Shown in pieces: positions 25,509-44,676 of a stretch of 64,000 nucleotides of DNA. A model generated the notes under the pieces. The model saw nothing but the letters and a program-made list of their open reading frames with translations, was not told the DNA's origin and did no database searches. The stretch is taken from positions 7,378,001-7,442,000 of the forward strand of contig NC_134028.1 of the NCBI RefSeq assembly GCF_964204645.1, read 5' to 3'. A program made the position numbers and the translations under genes. The number at the start of each line of letters is the position of its first letter. The stretch's first letter is position 1. The DNA comes from Tubulanus polymorphus (taxonomy: Eukaryota; Animalia; Nemertea).

Positions 25509-27876
25509 ATGTTCTGATTCTAGTTTATCCTCATGATGAAAGAAACAATACATAATTTGCCTTTACAAAGGCGACACATGGCTGGTGGAAACTAAATAGA
25601 ATACATGGTAGAACAAAGCCGAAACGTGGCGATGTAATTTCCATGACAGGTCATCATTTCACTATTTCCTGTGTGGTATTCATTCATTTTATGCTTTTTC
25701 GCCAGCAACAATGATAAACTAATCAATAAAGACGTATGCCTCCGTTGTTTTAGTATGCGTTACAAGCTTGAAGAACTATATACATGTATATAATGTTTGG
25801 GGTTGTGTAGGACGAAAACAGAAGAATGAATGCAAAAATGGCGTCGGTAATCTAAAGCGTTAGATTAAGGAAATTATCGAATAGAGTTGCCATATACGTA
25901 TGCATACCACCTGATTTAACGGCAACCTTCGAACTTGTACATAACTAAGGTTTGGATCTTCGTTGTACCATGTACGAAAATGCCCATTGGCCACGTACGC
26001 CATATCGTGGATACTGAATGGCGAGGCTCTATTTTCAAAAGTCAATGAAACGAAGAATGCTGTTAAAGTTACGAAGAAATTGTCAAAGATGAATATTGAG
26101 CAAAATCATAAAATGCGAAATGCAACATGTATAAATTCACTAGACCTTACTATCAGATGTTTATTAACTAACTGCAATCGTTTGATCTCGCTGATGGAAG
26201 ATCCACCAGGATGTGTCCGTCACCAAGGTAACTGTATATGGGGTTCTATCAACAACATAGACACAAACACCGTGAAGATGATACTGGCGCCAATTAACAA
26301 ATAAAAAAATCGAAATCTTAAAAATATGATTGATGGTACTCCGCGATGAAGGGCCGTTTAATGTATTTGGATATAGATTTAATGAACTCCGTACAGATGT
26401 GTGGAGCCAGTTTTCGAAGTGCACTATGGCTCTTTTAATGAAATAACGGGCTCAGATTTCGCTCAACTGTCTTGATAATCGTGAATCGAAATACTGGCCT
26501 GAAATGGTTAATTTCTTATGAATGACAACGAAACAGTTATACATATTTATGTATATCGGCCCGTTAAACACGTATACACGTACCGATACGTGAAATACTT
26601 AATTAATCCGTGAGAGACCGTTGCGCAGATTCAAAGTTCAAATATCTGTCGAGAGGATTAAAGCGTTTCACAACGCCTGGGTGATCCGTTACCGGCAAAA
26701 TTATGATTAAAAGATTTATCACGTTACTGAAAGGTGGCTATATACTGTACAAGCGACATTATAAGTTATCAAAATCCTACTTGAAAATTGCCATAATTCA
26801 TAACTACTTCGATCAAGGTAAACTCCTCTTTTCGCCAAAAAGCACTATAATATGAGTGCCAGTTAAGAGGGCTTTATTTCTCTTGGTGTCTTCACGCGTA
26901 TTACCCAAATATCTTTCAATTTATTTAATCGATACAATATTCATTCAGAAATCTTCTGTCCATATTCATATAAATCATACATACAATTTAAATTGAGGAC
27001 GCATAGCATCACTAAACTGCATAGTATTTGCACAATTCACAAGTTAAATCTAACTTATATAATTATATAAATGTTTTGACTTTGATTATTGAATCGTTTT
27101 ACAGAACGCAAAAGCAAAAGACATATTTTTCTTTCAAACGCTTTAAATGTTCTATATATACATAATTCAGTACAATATCCCACAAATATTATGTACAGCT
27201 CTTTAATCAAACACGTATTTATTGTAAAACTCGTATTATGGACATAGGAAAAAAATAACCGTCATGCGACAGGTTCTACTCAGCACTTCATGAATAATAC
27301 CCGTTTTAACAAGTGAAATTCAGTACATACCGTAAATGATCTGAAAATTAAACCGGAATTAAAACCAAAAAGCCAAAACCCGACTCACATTTAAAAAATT
27401 TCACACAAAACTGCATTTCAATTATCGTTTTTAAACTATTAAGAACCTCTCAGCCAAAATAACTAGAAAATTACAAAACTTTCTTAATTTTTGAAAAAAA
27501 ATCGTTTACCTTTTGTCGTACGTTCGAAAAATCCCGGTGTCAATGTTTCCAAGGGAATAAGTCTATATGGCCTACACTTATCGTGTAAATATGATTTTAA
27601 TGTCTCGAACTGTTTAACAATCGCAGTATTTGTGTACGTACAACACGTCCGGTACTGTGCACGTGAGCCTCGTTTTAACTGGTAACTAAGGACGCCACGC
27701 GCTAGCAGTCGCGAACGACATTGTCGTAAAATCTTCTCTCGATAATCATGCGACACACTGTGGTGGATTTGCGAACTCCGTGTCAACAACATCGAACGCT
27801 GACCAGCGGGACCAAGATTGGATAGGGTCGTAGGTGTAAACCTGGCGTCGAATCAGAAAAATACGTAGATACGGAC

Positions 27877-27965
27877 AGTACTTCATAGGTTAACTATAAA
27901 TTATTATCCATCAAGGTACGAGCTTTCGCTAGCGATGTATAGTAGCGTACCACTAGTTAACCTAT
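27877..27965 (-). repeat. Truncated copy of the 6.4-kb palindromic element family
   Basis: Shares AGTACTTCATAGGTTRACTAT and GAGCTTTCGCTA..ATGTATAGTAGC with 6371-6578. Confidence 0.7.
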
Positions 27966-30537
27966 TAATCCCTATCTGTCTCTTCCATTTACTGATTGGA
28001 TATTGAGGCAATGACAAATGGGAAGAATGATTCTATATTCGAATAAGAATAATCATTTCATATATTCTTTACATTTCCACAGAGTTCATAGCTGTGGTTT
28101 AGATTTCACCTGACGATTAACTATTGAGCCAGTTTCATCATGATGATCCATTCAAATCATACTGTACAAGTTTCTGTAGTAATTTGTTAATTTGTTGCTT
28201 AGAAAAAAAGTAGAAATCTACTGCTTACACGCCCATGCATGCTATATTGGATTATGAAATATATTAAGATGTACTATTTTTCTCGAGTTGATAAGAAACT
28301 TTTTTATTGGCATAAGCGGCAATTGATAAGAAACGACTGCAAGACATATTACACAGTTCTCGCAGAACGACTTGAGCGTTCCGTGAATCTAATCGTTCCG
28401 TGAAACGGCCCTGGCCAGTGACGCAAATGTTTTCCATTCCTGTTTATCGTTGATGACAATTATGATACGAACAAGTCAAATTTTCTATCATAATGACATG
28501 TTATCATTGTCCCATTTTGTAAAAAATACTAACGATTCAGCATTGGTGGAGGATACGCTACCAAAAATACAGTAAACACTTAATCGAAGGAAACTGTTGT
28601 ACAGTCAAATCCCTGTTGTTCTTGGGATATTGAAGCTTGGGATCTGAATGAGAGCATATTTGGATCTATCGTCTGTTTAACTCGATATGATGTGATTTGA
28701 GAATATTTCGATCGAGCAATTGCAACGACGATGACAAATGTTTCAAGTACAACAGCCAACATCTCGTACAGTGCGCGCGGAGACAACATGATTCTACTTC
28801 CGGTTGGCGATGGTTAGTATTTCCATTCGGGTTAAATCGGCAGGCTGGTCACGTGAACCAGATAACCTCGCTAATGGAAACGTTATTGGCCGTTCGACAT
28901 GCGGAATCGCTAATACAGCGCGGGGACCTCACTGAGTGGCATTCGTCAATTTGGTGTGTCAATAAATATTTGATTTAAAGATCTCTGGCGCTTATTAGCA
29001 GACCCTCACGAGGCAGCGATAGGATCGCGCCGGGCTCGCGCTACGAGCCCCGATAGACACGAGTCTGATACGTCATTATCGCAATCTTCTCCACAGCTCG
29101 TCAAACCGATGATAACGACGATTTTTGACAGATCGGTTTACATAAATCATGACTAAAATTATCAAACAATCGCAGAAAATGGATCGAGCATTTGTCTATG
29201 ATGATTTTTGAAGTATCGCATCTGACAACGAGCGCATCTCCTCTAGGGTCGGCCAGTTACCATTTCCGTAATTACCAAGAGAGAATTGCTAAACGAAAAA
29301 ATGCGACTTTTATTTTGTGCAGGGGAATTTAGAAATCGTTAACAGTGTTCTGAATGTCAAAAAGGTCAAAAGTGGAAAATGAAGAAAAGAGTACCGTACA
29401 GTAGAAAGAAGCTTAATCGGACTATTATCCGACTATGATCAAGCGTCTGTATCGATTTTCCCTCGGCAGGAATTCAAACCTAGCCACGGCATGAACCTTG
29501 CTTGAATAGATTGGGGAACGTTGTCGTCGCGCAAATTTGTATATGGACCCAATCAGATCAGCCTCTGGCCCTAGTAGGCAAGGATTCACTTACCATGATG
29601 GTCCACAAAATGGCTTAATTACCATCCATGTCACGTTGTCCGACTTCACGTTTTCAATTTGTTTTATTTCGGTTTATATATGGCATTGTCACAAAATAGA
29701 CAATATTCCTCATTTATGCATGCGCGTTGCTATATACATGGACAAACCCATATTAATATGTACATTGGTCAATAGAAACTTTTACGAAGTATCTGGGTGT
29801 AATATTTACCGACGTGGTATTTGCATATATATCGATAACGTATTAATCGTCCATCAATTGGCAAAAAGATTGATGACATTCTTCCTTTTTGGATTGTATT
29901 CAGTGCCCCGAACGGGTTAAAAGACACCTGCGTAGAGAAACGGTGATATTTGTGAGGTTGAGCGCGCGAGTACCGGGTACTTAAAGCCGGGGATTTCGCC
30001 TATTGGGTCATCATTTTGCGAGTGTATAGCGTAGTTGGCCCCAGATATAATTTAACATTATATATTATTATTGATTTCAAGAATAAAAAATAAACAACGG
30101 TTTCATCGGAGTTGGAGCTTTGTCGTCTTATCTACCGAGGACCTGGAGCTGAAAGTCGCAGGTCATCAACGGAATCTGCGACACGTATTATTCGCGCGGA
30201 AAATCGAGCTAGTACCCGACCGACAAGTAAAAATTCTAGTCGTTATAGGTGGTATCCTATAATTGTCTATATGTACACAAATTCGTCGGGACGTGTAAAA
30301 TAGACTCTACACATAAATTAGAAAATATTGTGTATTTTTTTACGTTGAATATAGAATCTTTCATAGAAGGTAACACAAATAGCCGATTCAGTTATTACAC
30401 ATGACGTGTATACCACATTGGAAGCAACAGGTAGTTGAATTCACTGGAAAAACTGTGGTTGAACGTGTTTTGTTTTTGGTAGAAGTTTCCGACATTTTTG
30501 TGTTTCTCGCTGTTTCTTCCAACTATATCCCGATAAA

Positions 30538-34783
<4,246 letters not shown>

Positions 34784-35604
34784 TAGATTTGTAGGTTTTG
34801 AAAAATTCTAGTTTGAAGTTCCTCCTTCCCATGCACTCATTTCTTCTAACGCATCTCCACTGATCTTCTAGAACCATCAACCAGAAAAAACACAACAGCA
34901 AAAGAATGATTTCATTAACACAAAATTTATTGACCATTTCATAGGCTATGTAGATTGTTATTTACAATATTCACCTTGGACACGATAATTCCATAACGAC
35001 CTTTATCTTGTCAATTGCTATGTTTTTTTTGGTAAATAACCCAATATAACTATATCATCATAAATCTATGTGTATTTATGTACATTAACATACCCTGGAG
35101 CGGTGCATTTTGGAAGCACCAAAACGATAAAGGTTCACGGACGCCACATACATTTTGTGTCCCATTTATTGGCCGTCAAATAGGATTCAAAACTAAGCCG
35201 CAACGCAAGCGCGCTTGCGTTTGACAACCAACGACGCAATGTAACCATTAAATACAACCCTCGATGTACAATGTATCTGCTGGCTACTGCAGATGGATTG
35301 CCGCGGTGATTGCAAGTTCTTGAATTCAAATAAATTTCGTTGTATTCATAATTTACATGATTTCGGTGTCGAAAGTGAACTCAACATTTCTTAATTAATT
35401 CTCTTAATTCTAAATATGGAAACGTGTCTTCTCGTAGTTTAAAAGCGGTAAATACAGCACTATTCACAAAGATGATGAGATTTCGTGAAATAAATAAATC
35501 ATCAGGTTTTGTGTGAACTTCGTTTCAGCTTTGGCATTGGCATGAATCTGTGGTAATACCAATGATACTAACGCATAAGCTCTTTGATAAAATCGAAATA
35601 TGTA

Positions 35605-35764
<160 letters not shown>

Positions 35765-37696
35765 AAGGAAAGAGCCCCGTTAATCGAAGGCGTAATCAAT
35801 GCGCCATCGGTCGCGAGAAAATGCACCAGGAGAGCTTTGATACTGGTGAATTAGTGAATTGATTGCAATATTGCAAGGAAAATGTGATTATTGGATGCTG
35901 AAGATTTTGAAATCGGATGACATTTTTCTTGATCACGAACAACGCTTTGAAATAAGAAATTTTTCGTTTCAGAAATGTCTACGGATTCACGTTCAAGTGA
36001 TTTTAATTCAAACCACTGACAACTTATAAGCACGCTTTATCCAGTAGAAAACAAAAAACACGTCAGCACCTAGTTCCACAGGTAGAGTTCAAGTCTGAGT
36101 TGAAGTCAGACATTTCCAAACATTTAACTCCGAGTTTTACCCCAGAATGATATGGAATCAAAATGCTTCCTAATAATATTTGACGTTCAGTTTATGTGTC
36201 CATATAAAAACCTAAACGAATGAATGAGTTGCCAATTCGTTCAAATCGCTCCGAACGGGCTCTATACCGGAATGACTGTGACGTCTGTCTTGAAATAACG
36301 ACCTCAAACCAGAAAGATGACGTGTCTTCGAAGTTACGAATAAGATTAAATAACGGCCCGAAGAGCAATTCGATGAAAAATTCTTAGCTTTCGGAACGTT
36401 TAGTGTAGTTGCCAAATCGTCTCTCAATCAATAAAAAGACGAGTTGAAATATATACTTCGATAGACTTTTCATGATAATGTCCGAAGGTGAAGGCAAAGT
36501 CATAAATCGAGAAATTCTTCGCAAACGATGCGTTGATATTTACAGAAATTTCATATTTACAGCAAGTTCATTGTTAGACGAAGATCCCTTAACAGTTTTA
36601 GAGATTTACCATCCCTACTGAAATTGTATTTCATTGCAGTAGTTCAACGTCGGCAACCATTTTATAACAAAGTGTATTGATTTTCTTTACTAAAAATGGA
36701 TATGTATGATAGGAAAAAAATTGAAAATATTTTCAGTTCGACGTAAGAAAACAAACAAAACATTTCAAAGAATGGACCGCGAATGCGTTGAAAATAATAT
36801 CTTAAATAATATTTTTGCAACTCTGAATAAATTCAAGACGGCTGTTTTTTGGTTCCGTATTGAACACATTCGAAGTGATCTGTACGGAGTCGCCTCGATA
36901 ATCAGGTTGAAGGGAATGAAACCTTGGGTTAGGGATTCCTTGCGACCCCGAAATGTAGCGCTTCCTATAACACTCCATTCAAACAAACACACATACAAAC
37001 CACGGACACACGCTTATCTTTCATCGGGAGGGTTCCAACGCAACTGGCAAACATCGTCAACCGTTTTTAATGTTTTTGTTTTTTTTAGTACGTGTGAAGC
37101 CAGTAGTGGGACACTGTAAATCGGTTGATTGAAAGCTGAAATCAGTGATATGTTACCGAGGGTCATCACGGTTAGATCGGAGTTCTTTTGAATTCACGAC
37201 AGAATCTAAGAACCATTCGGATATTATACAAACACTCATTCGCTCACAATTTCTGAACTAATATGACTAATTCCAGAATCAAGGCATCATTTATATACCC
37301 AAAAAGCTTTGACTATGGCTGCATTCGCAATTTGGTCCTGGTATCCGATAAGAGATTTGATATAACAAATAACTAGGACCTTCTTTTTTTTCTTTCGAAT
37401 TAACGAAATGAATTATGTCTGTTACGATTTATGACAAGCGAATCCAGAGACTTTGAGTCCTGTGGGTCAGTGGTCCCTAACTAACTTCCTAATCTTTTTC
37501 ATCTCGTTGTCTTATAACTATATATATACGACTATTGGTTGTTAGGTTATATGATAGGATCAATAACATAAGGAAAAACCCCAAGCACTATCCACTCTCA
37601 TGCCATCCTCCCTCGCAGGTGGCGAACCTGATGACGGCTACGGTATACGTGAGACGGCCACGGTATACGTGACCAAGGCGCACAAGCCCATTTTCA

Positions 37697-37800
37697 GTCC
37701 AGTTTCACTGAAAATAGTTCAAACTAATATTTGAATGTATGAGGTAAGTAAAACTGACGAAACTAAACGTCTAGTTAAACTATTTTTGTGAAACTGGGCT
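37697..37800. mobile_element. Short MITE with (G)RGYCCAGTTTCAC-type termini (related copy 54529-54651; partial ends near 28410, 53755, 59600)
   Basis: AGTCCAGTTTCACTGAAAATAGTTCAAACTA ... TAGTTAAACTATTTTTGTGAAACTGGGCT inverted termini. Confidence 0.6.
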
Positions 37801-39644
37801 CGGAATCCTGATCGAGGGAGGATACAATACCATACATACATACTTCAGTTTCTACTAACACAAACGTACTCATCAACAGATCACAAGACCACATAAGAAC
37901 TAACGGACAAATCTTATTTATAATATGTATATATATCAATTTATTTCTTATCATGTATTTATTCATTTACTCGTTTTATTACTTCATTTATTGCGACTAC
38001 GAACAGATATTGATGATGATAGATTATGTCGATGTCCTGAATTCACGCGCCAGGCAAAGACAGGGAAATAGAAGAAGTCTGCTAGCTGCCCCTCAGACAA
38101 AAAACACTTCGGCGAGTTTTAATTCCCCAAATGCTTTTGTTGACGTTAAGTACATCGTATAATGTCACTTTTCACGGGAAACTAGACACAGTATTCACTA
38201 CGACTTCTCGAGTATCAAGTAACGGGAAGTCAAGTGTTAGTTAAGTACTGATCAATGTAGTGGGCTAATGGCGCCTCTTCAAGAACGTACATATATATAA
38301 AGCTCTTCTTTCTAAACGCATCCATCACATTCGTACGATTATATCACTACTGACAACATGACCAGCATTTTATCATCATTTTTGCACATTTTGCTACAAT
38401 CTTTTGACTAAACTGTTTCATGTACATATTTGTATATCATTCATTCTCACCACACACCAGGTCAATCTCTCCAAGCATTCATCCACACGAGAGTCGTCTA
38501 TGCTTCATATTTGATAGCCAACGACACTATAATTCTTTCAAAGCTTTTTTCCTCATTTTCTGTAACTAATCATCTAGAATCACGTACCAGCATCCGCTGC
38601 TTTTTAATGTCAATTCGAAGAGTTAGGAATGACCGAAAATGTCATATATTTTCCAGCTACCGAGCTGGATAGGAGCTGATAAGTAAGTTTTTGGATGAGT
38701 TTGACGAAGTTGCAAATCAAACTAAATAAATGAGTGAATGGAACGAAAATTTTAATCAAGTTTAACTGATAGATCAGCGAAAAGGTCAATCTAAGTCATC
38801 CACGACTCGGGACTAACGATTCAATTCCACGTATATATTCAATGCGCCAGATACCTGTAGTGAGAACACTGAAAATCTTGCAACTATCAATATCGTTTTT
38901 TTGAAAACTTCATGACCACAAGTTCTTTAATAGTTCACTATTATTTTCTTAATTACTATCGACCACACGCTTTTTTTGTTATAACTGTCGGGAACCCCAC
39001 CAACGTCACTCTGAAAAAGTAACCACCGTTGCATTTAAACCATAGCTAATAGAAAATTCGATTTAAAACCAGAAACGTCGGGGCCTTCGAAGAATAGTTG
39101 TGGAATGAAATTTGTGATTCGATTAGATGAGGTTAAATGAAATTATACGTCCAAATCTCTCGGGTAACTTTTTTAAGAGAATCGGAACAATTGAAACGGT
39201 AGGAACTAGTTTATCATGTCGCACAGCCTGCAGTATTATGTACGACACACCAACGTGTTTTCCATTTTATTTCAGCGTCGCCATGTAAGTCAACAGCGTG
39301 ATCAAGTGTCTCGAATTCTAGGCAATATCGCGCCAGCAGCATTGTCTCAGAAATCTGAGCGCGATAATGCACATACCCTCAACAGGAAACGGGTCTATTT
39401 AGATACGTTGTGTATTTTGCCGATTTTCCATTCGTTCATAAAACATCCAGATCGGTTCACTTGTCTACCCGATGAAGAAGTGCACTTGGCGCCACTTTAC
39501 TTTCTAACGAGCGCAGATTACGAGCTGAATCGTTCAGAGCCTATTCGTTCAGGCAGCTCTTTAGCTCTCGCTTCGCCGTTTCACGCGTTTTTCTTAACAC
39601 GATGAAGAATTTAGCAATCGCTCTCGCGCCGTTTTCCGTCCGTT

Positions 39645-40724
39645 TCATAGACCGTTTTCGGTGGTTTGACCCATCGATTTCAGAGATGTAGCGCCCGTGA
39701 GCAGAGGCCGAGTGTTCGTTCGTTCGAAATCGGTATTGCGCATGGCCGTGTTCGCGTTCAAACAGAGAACCTTGCGGAAACCTTTGCGGAAGTTCTCCGA
39801 CAAAAACGCGTATAATATAGGATTTATACAGCTGTTGAGGTAGGAGAGAACCTGCCCCAAAGTTTGCATGATGACGAACAGTTCGTCCATTCTGGCCTTC
39901 GAGTTCCACTGCAACATAAACATTACCTGATTAGGAAGCCAACATAATGCAAATATCACAACGACGATAATGACCATGCGTGATACGCGTTTTTTCGACC
40001 GCACAGTCTCAGCCGAATGAGACAAACGTGGAGCTACGCCGTATAACAGACGGTTTAACATGAACCCATACAGTAGGCACACGAGAGTCAACGGCAGTGT
40101 GTAGCCCATTCCGAAAAATATTCCGAATACGATTCGCGGCGCTTTGTTATTGGGATCTTTAACGTTTTTGAATGTGCACGTCGATCGGTTCTCGTCATAG
40201 AACATGTAGTCCAATTCGGTGTACAACGTTAGAACCGGCGTGTTCGTAACGAGTATCACAATCCACAGGACGATCACGCAGATATAGGCGTTGCGTTCGG
40301 TGCGGTAATTCATCGCCCATATGGCGTGCACGACGGCCAGGTATCGATCGAAAGACATCAGCACGAGCGTATAAACACTGGCGTACGCCGTTACGAACAT
40401 CATGTACTGGACGACTTTACACCACAAGTCGCCGAACGGCCAAACTTTCAGAGCGTAGTTACTCGCGGTGAACGGTACGCAAATGACTATAAACGATAAG
40501 TCGGCTATGGCCAAACTGATGATCAGAATGTTCGTCGTATTTCGCATTTGTTTATTCGAAACGACGACTATGATAACGAGAACATTGCCCACAAATCCGA
40601 TCACTGATATCATACAGAATATAACTGGCACGACGATAGCGATGACTTTTTCGAAATAGAAGTCGGCCTCCGAAGCGGTTGAGTTAGTCATGTTCCCGGG
40701 GGGTTCTGTAGAGTTTTCGTACAT
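39645..40724 (-). CDS. AstA-R: Allatostatin-A / galanin receptor family GPCR, single coding exon
   Basis: 359 aa with GFVGNVLVIIVV, MRNTTNILIISLAIADLSFIVICVPFTA, WPFGDLWCKVVQY, YASVYTLVLMSFDRYLAVVH, KKRVSRMVIIVVVIFALCWLP and YLNSCINPILYAFLSENFRKGF, typical of protostome AstA receptors. Confidence 0.93.
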   Translation of the reverse strand: MYENSTEPPGNMTNSTASEADFYFEKVIAIVVPVIFCMISVIGFVGNVLVIIVVVSNKQMRNTTNILIISLAIADLSFIVICVPFTASNYALKVWPFGDLWCKVVQYMMFVTAYASVYTLVLMSFDRYLAVVHAIWAMNYRTERNAYICVIVLWIVILVTNTPVLTLYTELDYMFYDENRSTCTFKNVKDPNNKAPRIVFGIFFGMGYTLPLTLVCLLYGFMLNRLLYGVAPRLSHSAETVRSKKRVSRMVIIVVVIFALCWLPNQVMFMLQWNSKARMDELFVIMQTLGQVLSYLNSCINPILYAFLSENFRKGFRKVLCLNANTAMRNTDFERTNTRPLLTGATSLKSMGQTTENGL

Positions 40725-42086
40725 TTCGACGGTTTCTCTTCGTAGTTCCTCACAATGCGAGTAAAGCCGATTATAATATTCGTGTCGTTGGTTCCGTTCT
40801 ATCGAATGCGCGCTTCTGAAAAATACAAAATGATTTTCGTAATCGTCGGCCCCGTTCTAAGTAATGTACTCTTCTGAAAAATACAAAAAAAGGTCGGAAT
40901 GTTAATAATGATTGTTTCGACGTAGATTATCATAAACCGTAAATACCATATCTAGATGAGTTGTCATATGATTATTAAGGAAATTATTAAGGAAAAAGCT
41001 AGTGACTAAGTCATTCGATGATTCGGTAACTCTTAAGGGTCCTTTTTCCAGAACAAGAAAAGCATTAGGTTTTTCAGGGATAATTCTATGATAACTAAAT
41101 CTTCGTATTTTCGTTTTTACATAGTTTTAACATATTTTTACCAAAGTATGAACCGAGTTAAAAAAATGTCGTAGGACCAATTTCAAAGAACAACTGAAAC
41201 TTCCACTAGTAGTGTTAACACCTTGAGCCTTGCGAAGACGTCAAGCCGAAACACGAAACCGATTTGTGTTTATGCGTTTCGACGATGCCGCACACACAGA
41301 AACATCGAATTAATGGTCGTCGCCATTTCAATCAACCTGTGACCCGTACGCTGACGCTGACTGGTTACTGCATACTCACACGTTTATTGGTTAGGATCAT
41401 GTACACAGTAACCCAATCGTGTTTCAGGCTTCGAAGCGTCACAGGCACCATTTATTAATTGATGTGTGTGCGCTTAACAATGCTGATAAACTTAAGCACG
41501 AGTGGTACTAACTAATTTTGATAGGGATAGGGTGATGACCCAAAATTTGACCAAATCTTGTTTGTTCGTAGTTCTCATGGAATCTATATTCATCACGGAG
41601 TAAAACACAATTTACGGCAATCTAAGATGATCGGGCGGCTCATTTTTGTGTGACAATGTTTCGCTCATACCGGCACCCGAATTCCGGTCAGAGGCAGTTT
41701 CACCAGTCGTAAACGTCTTCTATAGAATGGCACTAGCAACTTGCCATCGACACCAAACGCGAAATATCTCTCGATCGAATCATTGTTTATATTCGCACTT
41801 AAAATGCCTTTTCCCTGGATACCGAAAGAAAAATCCATTTGCAATCGCGACCGACAGCAGAAATTGACGCCTCAAAAAATAATCTCAGTATTATGATAAC
41901 TGAGTGTTAGTCGTGCCCGACCACGTACCGCAAATCCTTCGCAATAAGCCACCAGTTACTTAACAAATTGCCCGGATATTTTCCGAACCGCAGAAAGCAT
42001 CGTTCGCGGATGCAAACTGTCAAAGCCATCGAATGTGGGGAAGGAAATCTGTCCGGGGAAACAATCTGAAGAGAGTGTTGTGTCTA

Positions 42087-42321
<235 letters not shown>

Positions 42322-42824
42322 CAAATGAATACATATCTTGCCCCAGTCACGGCCGCACGACAACACAGAACACGTATTATCGTTGGGAATCCGCTAACGT
42401 ATACACAATTACTTTACGGATTTATACTTGCGCACGCTTTGATTAATGAAAAGGGTTTTGCGGAGAGGCAAAATGCGGTAATTATACCAGCGAAAGCAAG
42501 ATTATTACGTACTCAGTAATTCTGGCGCGGATATTCTTCGAATTCGTTTTTGCGCGTTGTATATTACCGATTGATATATATCACGCTAATATGAATATAC
42601 CCATCTCATCAACAAAGAACTTATGAACTTTCGTCGCTTGTCATTCCAGTTATTAAGTTCCATATATAACAAAAGATATCGATACCAATGTTTTCGCGAC
42701 CCTTATCGACTTAATATAAGGTCTCGTAAATTATATTGTGTAGGACACAATTCCAAGCGGACAATACGTTGACCAGCAATGAATAATGATCGGCACTTAA
42801 ACATATTATGAAATATGGACCGAG

Positions 42825-42873
42825 TGAGAGGAGAGAGAGGGAGAGAGAGAGAGGGGGAGAGAGAGGGAGAGAG
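42825..42873. repeat. (GA)n-rich tract
   Basis: Direct reading. Confidence 0.9.
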
Positions 42874-44676
42874 AACCGGATGAAATATGAACCATTATCT
42901 CACAGACGTTCTAATCAGATAAATTCCTTTAGCACACGGGTAACGACTGCGCGGCGTTGGTGGCGCGATCGCCGCTAGAATATTTACGGGGCACGCCGAG
43001 TTTATATACGCGTGATTAATAGTTGGATATAAATCAAAATAAAACACGAAACAGCTTTTATAGTCAACCTGAAAGCGACGGTAAAAATGATTATGACATA
43101 GCACCCGCGTGTAAGCTAATCGCGGAGGGTGGACTGCGACCAATAATGCGGCTATTGAAGACGCCGTCGCTGTCGTTAAATGTAATGACCGTAATAAGCG
43201 AAGCATTGAAATAAAAGATAAGTAAATAGCCGATATACACATATTTTATCATAGATCATTATTGCGATAACTGAAAGTAACCACCGCCGCAGATGTATAT
43301 TGATGGTACTATCCGCGACCGTGTCAGCCGAATGAGACCTATCTGTTGACTGATAGCCATCCCCGTTGCGTTCGCCGGATTAGCGATATAATTAACGACA
43401 CCGGCTAGAACTGTTCGCGTCGATCCGGCCAATCACGCCGACCGAACGTAGACGCGCGTGTTGACGTAATCAATTTCATCGGGCTTGATCAACTGGCACT
43501 TGTACGGTAGTAATTATTGATAATGCACGCGCTATCGACGCCGTTCCCGATATAAGAAGCCGTTTGCACGGAATACATATTTTTATTATTCTCCAGCCGA
43601 GGGTTTTCGAACTGATTTCGACATTAGTTTCGGACAGTTTCTATTGCACTTAGATCGGCTGTTTATATCGTAGACGAGTAGCGAAAATATCGGGGAACCA
43701 GTTCCAATGGTTGTTCATCGTTTCGTCTAGGACGTCCATATTGTCTTCCCGTTTCACTCTTGACCCCGTTGCTTCATCAACTTCGCGATGATAGTCATGT
43801 GATAGATTGAAGGCAAATCATTCACTCCACTAGTTTTCTGTTACGAAACGATTAGATAAACTATTCGTTCTTTTCTTTCAATCGCCCCGATATACACAAT
43901 CGGAAATGCGACTGGGTTTATCTGCATTGAATGCTCACTTCTAACTAGCACCGTAAAAATAGAAAAAAAGTCATTTTTCCATCAAATGTCTCCAAAGATG
44001 CTTGGCAAGATCTGACCAAATTTTCATAAAGAATTTGGGGTCTGACTCCAACAAGAAAGATAACTTGGAACCTCGAAAATGGCTGTATTGTCGGCATTAT
44101 ACTATGAATAATATAATACATATAATATGATGTCAAGGATCAACTAAGTTATTTTGAATATATCGACAATTGAATTGGATTGACCGACAACCAGTCTCAG
44201 ATAATGATGACGTAGCGCACATTCATTATCAAAAGAAATAAAAATTGCTGTATATACAGTAAGAGTCATCAACTTTGTTTATTTTACTTATTCAACTACA
44301 TATTATTAACACAATATTCACAATCATAATTGACATTTTGAACGCCAATATTGATGACGTAGTGCACATCATTCGATGCATACAGAACAACTTAAATGGT
44401 GATATAGTTGTAATCAATATATAAAAACATCATTATAACAGTTTTTTGCAGTACAAGAAAGATCGATTATTTCCTTTTCTATTCGGTGTTTGGTTTGGGA
44501 ATTCCTAGACGAAAATAAAGTTACTTCAGAGAAAAATCGATTAAGAAATGAAGGTAAGGAACTAGCGAACCTGGCGGAACGCAACAGAAGCGTTGTCGGT
44601 ATTCAATTCTATGTATTATGTTTCTATAGCACCCTTTTTGCTCTGATACTATGTCCAACGGCGCTTTCCATTAAAT

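Noticed and set aside
37628-37676. CTGATGA followed by a duplicated ~21-bp hairpin-like unit, resembling a hammerhead core
   Set aside because: No GAAA follows stem II and there is no cleavage triplet; at most a decayed relic.
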